DNA from: an uncultured bacterium
GTDB lineage: Bacteria; Fidelibacterota; Marinisomatia; Marinisomatales; UBA1611
Length of the DNA: 41,622 bases
NCBI GenBank assembly: GCA_964648395.1
Contig: CAZYLQ010000003.1
Span: 1 to 41,622 of the forward strand
Direction of reading: 5' to 3'
In this document: positions 35,106 through 41,622 of the stretch, in pieces
Layout of the letters: every line of letters starts with the position of its first letter
Numbering within the stretch: the first letter of the stretch is position 1
Made by a program: the position numbers and the translations under genes
The notes under the pieces: generated by a model
Seen by the model: only the letters and a program-made list of their open reading frames with translations
Database searches by the model: none
What the model was told of the DNA's origin: nothing

Positions 35106-36443
35106 ATGATAATTAGAAGTATTTCAGGTGTCCGAGGGATTACTAAAACCCATTTTACTCCAGAATCAGCTGTTGGTTATGCCCGTGCACTACACCAAAT
35201 TTTACCAATAGGTGTAATAATGGCAGGGCAGGATAGCCGTCCATCTGGAGAAGATATAATCCATGCAATGATGGGTGAGTTAGTTCGGCTTGGAAGAACA
35301 GTCATTCATTGCGGCATTGTTCCCACACCTACTATCCAATTCATGGTTTATAATACAGAAGCCGTAGGTGGTTTTATTGTTACAGCAAGTCATAACCCGA
35401 TAGAATGGAATGGGCTCAAATTTGTCAGAGAAGACAGTACATTTTTTCATCCAAATGAGTGTGAACAATTGTTTGATTTGGTAGATAGGAATAAAGAACT
35501 CCAAGATGCAAAGGACCCGGGCATTATTTGGCCGGAACAGAATGCGATCCAAAAACATGTGATTGCTTGTGTGAGTTTAAAATGCATCGATCTCAATCGG
35601 ATCCAACGTCGCCATTTTAAAATTGTTATTGATGCAGTAAATGGTGCCGGGGCCCATGCGCTCCCGGCCATGTTAGAATCGTTAGGCTGTGAAGTAATTG
35701 AACTAAATTGTGAGCCCCATGGTAATTTTACTCGCGGGACAGAACCGCTTCCGGAAAATTTAATAGATCTATGCCAGGCTGTAATCAACCACGATGCAGA
35801 TGCGGGGTTTGCAGTGGATCCAGATGCGGACCGTTTAGCAGTTGTGAATGAAAAAGGTGAACCATTGGGGGAAGAATACACACTGGTTTTAGCTGCAGAT
35901 GGGTATCTGGAAAATATCGTGAAAAGTGAAAAATTTGTTGTAAATCTTTCCACATCACTTGCACTGGAAAAATTAGCAGAATCTAAAAATTGCTCTGTAA
36001 TTCGTTCAGCTGTGGGAGAAATTAATGTTGTGAATAAAATGAATGAAATTGGATCTGACTTGGGTGGAGAAGGAAATGGTGGAGTCATATTACGGGAATG
36101 TCATTTGGGTCGAGATTCACTTGTTGCTGTCACCATGGTTTTAAACCGCTTGTCCCAATCAAATGAGACTTTAAGTGAAATTCATCAATCTTTACCCCAA
36201 TTCGAGATTATAAAAGATAAGGTTAGTTTAGAAGGGATAGATCCGGAAGAGTTAATCAAAAAAGTGAGTGGTTTGTTTAATGATGCGGATAAAAACACGC
36301 TGGATGGCATCAAATTCACTTGGGATGATAAATGGGTTCATTTGCGAAAATCTAATACAGAGCCCATTATGCGGATATACGCTGAAGCACCAAATAAAGA
36401 TTCTGCTAAAAAATTGGTTGAGAGGGTTCAATCCTGTATTTAA
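35106..36443 (+). CDS. Alpha-D-phosphohexomutase superfamily enzyme (GlmM/PMM-like; candidate phosphopentomutase by context)
   Basis: The motifs are the active-site serine loop TASHNPIEWNGLKF, the metal loop FAVDPDADR, the sugar loop GGEGNGG and the phosphate loop RKSNTEP. The N-terminal SISGVRGI resembles the Bacteroidota-type GlmM subgroup as I recall it, so substrate specificity is open. Confidence 0.85.
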   Translation: MIIRSISGVRGITKTHFTPESAVGYARALHQILPIGVIMAGQDSRPSGEDIIHAMMGELVRLGRTVIHCGIVPTPTIQFMVYNTEAVGGFIVTASHNPIEWNGLKFVREDSTFFHPNECEQLFDLVDRNKELQDAKDPGIIWPEQNAIQKHVIACVSLKCIDLNRIQRRHFKIVIDAVNGAGAHALPAMLESLGCEVIELNCEPHGNFTRGTEPLPENLIDLCQAVINHDADAGFAVDPDADRLAVVNEKGEPLGEEYTLVLAADGYLENIVKSEKFVVNLSTSLALEKLAESKNCSVIRSAVGEINVVNKMNEIGSDLGGEGNGGVILRECHLGRDSLVAVTMVLNRLSQSNETLSEIHQSLPQFEIIKDKVSLEGIDPEELIKKVSGLFNDADKNTLDGIKFTWDDKWVHLRKSNTEPIMRIYAEAPNKDSAKKLVERVQSCI

Positions 36444-36481
36444 GAAAAATTTGATATAAATTAGATATTACCAAAAATCTT

Positions 36482-37381
36482 ATGGGAACCATTAACATAC
36501 AAAAAACTAAGGCTATTGATCAGGTTAATACCCAAGAAAGAGTTTCGAGGCTTTTTTCCAGAAGCATTAAAAAAGAATCAAAAATGCAGGCATTGTATCT
36601 TGCATTAAGTATGATTGATTTAACCACGCTTGAAGGAAAAGATTCTGAAGGAAAAGTGAAGCAATTATGTTATAAGGCATCGCATCTACACTATAAGCAT
36701 CCGGGACTTCCGAATGTGGCTGCCATTTGTGTTTACCCAACAATGGTACCTATTGCAAAAAAAGCATTGGAAGGAACGGGGATAAATGTGGCATCTGTGG
36801 CAACGGCTTTTCCAAGTGGGATGGCCGATATTAACGCAAAATTAGATGAAGTAAAATCCGTGGTAGATGCAGGTGCAGATGAAGTGGATATGGTCATTTC
36901 CCGTGGAAGGTTCCTAAATGGAGATTATGAGTATGTATCTGATGAAATTTCCCAAGTGAAAGACGCTTGTGGAAAAGCACATTTGAAAGTGATTTTGGAA
37001 ACGGGTGAATTGGTAACGTTAGATAATGTGCAACTTGCCAGTGATATTGCCATGGAAGCTGGGGCAGATTTTATAAAAACATCTACAGGGAAAGTGTCTC
37101 CTGCAGCGACACCGCCAGTTGTATTAACCATGCTAGAAGCTATTCGAGATTTCCAAATAAAGACGGGAAAGAAAATTGGGATGAAACCTGCTGGTGGCAT
37201 TGGCACCGCAAAACAAGCCATTCAATATTTGGTAATGATTAAGGAAACTTTGGGTGATGAATGGTTATCTCCAAACTTATTCCGTTTCGGTGCCAGTTCA
37301 CTTGCCAATGATATATTGATGCAAATTATGAAACAATCCACGGGTCAATATCAATCTAAAGATTATTTTTCTATTGATTAG
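36482..37381 (+). CDS. deoC: Deoxyribose-phosphate aldolase (long form)
   Basis: The motifs are IDLTTLEG, VAAICVYP, ADEVDMVI and the Schiff-base lysine context GADFIKTSTGK. The N-terminus is about 35 aa longer than in E. coli-type DeoC. Confidence 0.9.
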   Translation: MGTINIQKTKAIDQVNTQERVSRLFSRSIKKESKMQALYLALSMIDLTTLEGKDSEGKVKQLCYKASHLHYKHPGLPNVAAICVYPTMVPIAKKALEGTGINVASVATAFPSGMADINAKLDEVKSVVDAGADEVDMVISRGRFLNGDYEYVSDEISQVKDACGKAHLKVILETGELVTLDNVQLASDIAMEAGADFIKTSTGKVSPAATPPVVLTMLEAIRDFQIKTGKKIGMKPAGGIGTAKQAIQYLVMIKETLGDEWLSPNLFRFGASSLANDILMQIMKQSTGQYQSKDYFSID

Positions 37382-37407
37382 AATACTTTGACAAAGAAGA
37401 AACTAAT

Positions 37408-38856
37408 ATGACTAAAAAACAAATATGGGATTATAGCCCCGCTCCAGAAAGCACAGATCATATTCAATTAAAAGATCAATATGATTTATTTATTGATGGC
37501 GAATTCATTCCAGCAGTTGATGGGAAATATTTTGACACTATAAATCCATCAAATGAGAAAAAAATAGCTGAAGTTGCTGAAGCAGGCAAAGCAGATATTG
37601 AAAAGGCTGTGGCTTCTGCGCAAAAAGCTTATAAAAAAACATGGTCTAAAATGCATCCTAAAGAACGAGGAAAATATATTTATCGTATTGCTCGATTACT
37701 GCAGGAAAGAGCAAGAGAATTCTCGGTCATTGAAACAATAGATGGTGGTAAACCTATTCGTGAGTCTCGTGATGTAGATGTGCCCTTAGCCGCAGCTCAT
37801 TTTTTTTATCATGCAGGATGGGCAGATAAATTAGAATATGCTTTTCCGGGAAGGGAGGCAGAACCCTTGGGTGTTGTGGGACAAATTATACCTTGGAATT
37901 TTCCGTTATTGATGGCTGCCTGGAAATTGGCACCGGCGTTGGCAACCGGGAATACTGTTGTATTAAAACCCGCTGAAACAACACCGCTTACAGCCATGAA
38001 ATTAGCAGAAATTATTCAGGAAGCAGATCTGCCACCGGGCGTAGTGAATATTGTTAATGGCGCAGGAGAAACCGGAAAGTTTTTGGTGAACCATGGCGAT
38101 ATAATTAAAATTGCATTCACAGGAAGTACAGATGTGGGAAAATACATCATGAAATCTGTGGCGGGTTCGGGGAAAAAATACACACTAGAATTAGGCGGAA
38201 AAGCGGCCAATATCATTTTTGAAGATGCACCTATTGATCAAGCAGTAGAAGGAATTATTAATGCAATCTTTTTTAATCAAGGTCATGTGTGTTGTGCAGG
38301 ATCCCGTTTATACGTACAAGAAGGTGTAGCCGATGAAGTAATTGCAAAACTTCAAAAACGGATGGAATCATTAATTGTTGGCGACCCTTTAGATAAAAAT
38401 ACGGACATCGGCGCTATCAATTCCAAAATGCAATTAGATAAAATTAAAATGTATGTGAAACTCGGTAAAGATGAAGGTGGAAAAATTCATCAAACAGCAT
38501 GCTCGCTTCCGAAAAAGGGATATTGGTTTGCACCTACAATATTTACAGATGTAAGCCAATCTAATAGAATCGTTCAGGAAGAAATATTTGGCCCTGTTTT
38601 AGCAATCCAAACTTTCCGAACAGTGGACGAAGTCATCACCAAAGCAAATAATTCACCTTATGGTTTATCCGGTGGTGTCTGGACAGATAAAGGATCCAAA
38701 ATCTTTAAGGTAACTCAAGATATTCGTGCAGGCGTTATTTGGGCAAATACTTTTAACAAGTTTGACCCATCATCTCCTTTTGGTGGATATAAAGAAAGTG
38801 GCGTTGGTAGTGAGGGTGGTATCGAAGGTCTTTCCGGCTACGTAAATTTGGTGTAG
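37408..38856 (+). CDS. NAD(P)-dependent aldehyde dehydrogenase (complete, catalytically competent)
   Basis: The motifs are PWNFP, VLKPAE, FTGSTDVG, the general-base context LELGGKA, the nucleophile context FFNQGHVCCAGSR, and EEIFGPV. Confidence 0.9.
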   Translation: MTKKQIWDYSPAPESTDHIQLKDQYDLFIDGEFIPAVDGKYFDTINPSNEKKIAEVAEAGKADIEKAVASAQKAYKKTWSKMHPKERGKYIYRIARLLQERAREFSVIETIDGGKPIRESRDVDVPLAAAHFFYHAGWADKLEYAFPGREAEPLGVVGQIIPWNFPLLMAAWKLAPALATGNTVVLKPAETTPLTAMKLAEIIQEADLPPGVVNIVNGAGETGKFLVNHGDIIKIAFTGSTDVGKYIMKSVAGSGKKYTLELGGKAANIIFEDAPIDQAVEGIINAIFFNQGHVCCAGSRLYVQEGVADEVIAKLQKRMESLIVGDPLDKNTDIGAINSKMQLDKIKMYVKLGKDEGGKIHQTACSLPKKGYWFAPTIFTDVSQSNRIVQEEIFGPVLAIQTFRTVDEVITKANNSPYGLSGGVWTDKGSKIFKVTQDIRAGVIWANTFNKFDPSSPFGGYKESGVGSEGGIEGLSGYVNLV

Positions 38857-38864
38857 GAGAAAAA

Positions 38865-39728
38865 ATGAGTCAAAGAATAGATATTCAAAAAACATACAAA
38901 CTTTTCATTGGTGGGAAATTCCCGCGAACTGAATCCGGGCGATATATCAAATGGACAGATAAAAAAGAAACGACTGTGGTAAATATATGTCGAGGTTCAC
39001 GAAAAGATTTTCGCAATGCCATGGTTTCAGCAAGAAGTGCATCTGATGGATGGTCTTCTCGTACAGCTTATAATCGCGCACAAATATTGTACCGAGTTGG
39101 TGAAATGTTAGAAGGGCGAAGAGAACAGTTTATGGTTGAATTAACTTTACAAGGGTTGACAAATAAACAGGCAGAAAATGAAATTAATCAATCCATTGAT
39201 CGACTCATTTACTATGCAGGTTGGGCCGATAAATTTCAACAAGTTTTTAGCCGCGTGAATCCTGTTTCTCTTCCTTATTTTAATTTTACTTTACCGGAAG
39301 CAACGGGCGTGGTTGCTGCCATTGCGCCAGATGATACTTCGCTTCTGGGATTGGTTTCCATTATTGCTCCCGTAATTGCTGGTGGGAATTCCATTGTTAT
39401 TCTGGCATCTGAATCACGTCCTCTTTCTTCAATTTCTTTTGCTGAAGTGCTACATACATCTGATGTGCCTGGTGGCGTAATTAATATTTTAACCGGTTAT
39501 AGATCAGAATTAATTGAGCATTTTTCGTCTCACATGGATGTGAATGCCATTATTTACTGTGGTAATAATATCGATGATCAAAAATTGGTTGAAACAAATG
39601 CAGCCTTAAATGTGAAACATGTCATTCAGTTTCCACTCCAAGATTGGTCCAAAGATAAGCACCAAAGTCCTTACCATATTCTTAAATGTCAAGAAACCAA
39701 AACGACTTGGCATCCGATTGGAGTTTAA
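38865..39728 (+). CDS. Truncated ALDH-like protein: NAD-binding-domain homolog lacking the catalytic domain (probable pseudoenzyme)
   Basis: The 287-aa ORF has AGGAG 6 nt upstream. It aligns with the neighbouring ALDH from the N-terminus (KLFIGGKF...YYAGWADK...GVVAAIAP...APVIAGGNSIVIL...VPGGVINILTG). PWNFP is replaced by APDDTS and LKPAE by LASES, and ELGG and the Cys loop are absent. The chain ends about 30 aa after the NAD-domain boundary with an ALDH-like terminal strand (ETKTTWHPIGV). Confidence 0.7.
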   Translation: MSQRIDIQKTYKLFIGGKFPRTESGRYIKWTDKKETTVVNICRGSRKDFRNAMVSARSASDGWSSRTAYNRAQILYRVGEMLEGRREQFMVELTLQGLTNKQAENEINQSIDRLIYYAGWADKFQQVFSRVNPVSLPYFNFTLPEATGVVAAIAPDDTSLLGLVSIIAPVIAGGNSIVILASESRPLSSISFAEVLHTSDVPGGVINILTGYRSELIEHFSSHMDVNAIIYCGNNIDDQKLVETNAALNVKHVIQFPLQDWSKDKHQSPYHILKCQETKTTWHPIGV

Positions 39729-39731
39729 TTG

Positions 39732-40538
39732 ATGGGGAATAATAAAGCAGTAGAAATCATCCGTTCAAAAGCGGACGGTAGACATCCAAAGGTTGCTATC
39801 ATTCTAGGAACAGGATTGGGACCGTTTGCAGAAAATATTGAAAATAAAATTATATTTTCTTATAAAGATCTACCCGGATTCCCCGATGCAGGTGTAAAGG
39901 GTCATGCGGGGCAACTCATTTTGGGCGAAATAAATGATATTGAAATTGTTGTTTTGCAAGGCCGTGCCCACTATTATGAATCTGGCAAACCGGATATTAT
40001 GAGAGTCCCCATTGAAACATTAACTGGTTTGGGGTGTGAAACACTCTTATTAACCAATGCTGCTGGCAGTTTAATTCCGGAAGCACAGCCCGGAAGTGTA
40101 ATGATGTTGACGGACCATATAAATTTCACAGGCGTTTCTCCTTTATTTGGCGAAACAGAAACATCCCGTTTTGTTAATATGACTGATGCGTATAATCCAT
40201 CTTTATGTGACAAATTTAGAGATGCAGCCAAAACAAAAAATATAACATTATATGAGGGTGTCTATATTTGGTTTTGTGGACCAAGTTTTGAAACGCCGGC
40301 AGAAATTCAGGCTGCAAAATTATTAGGTGCTGACGCAGTGGGAATGTCCACTGTACCTGAGGTAATACTTGCCCGGTTTTATGGATTAAGTGTTGCAGCA
40401 GTGTCTATTATAACCAATATGGCAGCTGGAATGAGTGATGAACATTTAACCCATGCTCACTCAATGGAAAACGCAGCAAAAGCGACAAGTGATCTACAGA
40501 CACTTTTAAGTGAATTTCTTTTACAATATAATAAATAA
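39732..40538 (+). CDS. Purine nucleoside phosphorylase (trimeric PNP/MTAP family, inosine/guanosine type)
   Basis: The motifs are GHAGQLILGE, LTNAAGS, GPSFETPAE, GADAVGMSTVPEV and ITNMAAG. I prefer the ATG at 39732 to the TTG at 39729 given in the ORF track. Confidence 0.88.
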   Translation: MGNNKAVEIIRSKADGRHPKVAIILGTGLGPFAENIENKIIFSYKDLPGFPDAGVKGHAGQLILGEINDIEIVVLQGRAHYYESGKPDIMRVPIETLTGLGCETLLLTNAAGSLIPEAQPGSVMMLTDHINFTGVSPLFGETETSRFVNMTDAYNPSLCDKFRDAAKTKNITLYEGVYIWFCGPSFETPAEIQAAKLLGADAVGMSTVPEVILARFYGLSVAAVSIITNMAAGMSDEHLTHAHSMENAAKATSDLQTLLSEFLLQYNK

Positions 40539-40558
40539 TATTTAATAACGCCGAATTA

Positions 40559-41622
40559 TGCTTCCCCAGGAAATCATTCGAAAAAAGAAAGATGGATTGC
40601 TATTAAGCGATTCAGAAATTCAATATTATATTGAAGGCATTTCCAATGGATCTGTTTCCGAAAGCCATATTGCGGCTTTTTGTATGGCAGTTATGTTTAA
40701 AGGTATGCCGATCGAAGAAACTTTCTTTCTCACAGATCATATGGTGAAATCGGGAGATAAATTAAATTGGAATGATTTGAATGGTCCCGTGGTTGATAAG
40801 CATTCCACCGGTGGCGTGGGAGATAAGGTGAGCATTATGTTAGCACCCATTGTGGCATCCTGTGGTATTTATAATCCAATGATTTCAGGCCGTGGTTTGG
40901 GACATACGGGTGGCACTCTAGATAAATTGGAATCAATTCCTGGATATAATACGACTCCAGATAATTCGTTATTTCGTCATACTGTAAAAAATGTTGGGTG
41001 TGCCATTATTGGACAAACATCAAATTTGGCACCAGCTGATAAAGTGATTTATGGCGTGAGAGATGTGACTGCTACTATAGAATCTATCCCCCTAATCACT
41101 GCATCAATTTTGTCTAAAAAACTTGCTGCCGGTCTGGATGGTTTGGTCATGGATATTAAAACAGGGAATGGTGCATTTGCAGATAATTTGGATTTTGCTA
41201 GAAATATGGGAAACTGTATTATAGAAGTGGCAAAGCAATTTGGGATGAATACATCAGCAATTATTACTGATATGAACCAGCCTCTTGGTGGTACAGTTGG
41301 GAATACTTTAGAAATAATAGAAGTCATTGATTACTTAAAGCGTGTGCAACAAGAATCCCGTTTGCATGAAGTGGTTTTAACGTTGGCTGCAGAAATGATG
41401 GCCGTTGCAGGATTGGTGGATTCAACTGATGATGGATTTCAAAAAGCGAAAGAAGTTTTGGATTCTGGTAAAGCAGCAGAAACCTTTGAAAAAATGGTCT
41501 CCGAACTAGGTGGACCCAATAACATTTTAGAAAACACTGATTCACACTTTGAATCTGCATCTGTTGTAAAGCCTATTCTGGCACATCAATCTGGATTTAT
41601 TTCTCAAATAAATACACGGGCT
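40559..41622 (+). CDS. deoA: Thymidine/pyrimidine-nucleoside phosphorylase; the 3' end lies outside the window
   Basis: This ORF is not in the supplied track because it has no stop inside the window. My translation from the ATG at 40559 reads MLPQEIIRKKKDGLLLSDSEIQYYIEGISNG...DKHSTGGVGDKVS...SGRGLGHTGGTLDKLESIPG...GVRDVTATIESIPLITASILSKKLA. These are canonical DeoA/Pdp motifs. The frame stays open to nt 41622. Confidence 0.9.

Noticed and set aside
35447-36088. 213-aa minus-strand ORF inside the phosphohexomutase gene.
   Set aside because: It has an S/P/F/A-rich antisense-shadow composition and recognisable motifs are absent. The plus-strand gene carries all four canonical mutase loops.
41049-41560. 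Two minus-strand ORFs (92 and 78 aa) near the window end.
   Set aside because: They are antisense to the clearly identifiable thymidine phosphorylase reading frame. That frame is open to the window edge and is simply missing from the ORF track.
1-41622. I searched the whole window for CRISPR repeats, IS elements or inverted terminal repeats, integrases, tRNA genes, toxin-antitoxin pairs and recognisable defence genes.
   Set aside because: No regularly spaced direct repeats, transposase or integrase motifs, or tRNA-like cloverleaf candidates were seen in the intergenic spacers. The gene content is core-metabolic and envelope-related. This was visual inspection only, so short or degenerate elements could have been missed.

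Overview
This is an AT-rich bacterial chromosomal segment with about 37 protein-coding genes and one RNase P RNA. I saw no rRNA, tRNA, CRISPR array, transposase, integrase or phage genes. Three signals suggest an FCB-superphylum-like, possibly uncultured marine lineage (inference only): a T9SS/Por C-terminal sorting domain, mostly Shine-Dalgarno-less start sites, and a DUF4159/Bat-like envelope module.

Most of the window is housekeeping:
- gcvP, a COG1579 Zn-ribbon gene followed by rnpB, and recJ
- an acyl-CoA dehydrogenase, then pgpH-like, ybeY and mazG
- yjbQ
- an envC-like gene, holB and metG
- tatD, rsmA and rpsU

The right end (35.1 kb to the window edge) is a nucleoside/deoxyribose catabolic operon: mutase, deoC, ALDH, a truncated ALDH-like gene, a purine nucleoside phosphorylase and deoA. 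The deoA ORF runs off the window and is missing from the supplied ORF track.

I do not see a clear-cut defence island or mobile system. The best candidates for under-described biology are:
1. A five-gene, translationally coupled envelope operon at 15.0-22.6 kb (DUF4159-like, a 1142-aa TM/coiled-coil/Met-Gln-rich protein, TPR, a GATase1-like secreted protein, GNAT) with no MoxR/DUF58/vWA partners in the window.
2. An ALDH paralog that lacks the whole catalytic domain, next to a complete ALDH in the deo operon.
3. An internally deleted cysteine-synthase gene scar coupled to yjbQ.
4. Two same-frame ORFs separated by a single TAA (secreted helical region plus permuted papain-like amidase).
5. A PNGase F homolog with the catalytic acidic residues conserved.
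6. An 8-nt perfect Shine-Dalgarno on rpsU in an otherwise SD-poor region.

All functional calls rest on motif recognition by eye. No database search was run.
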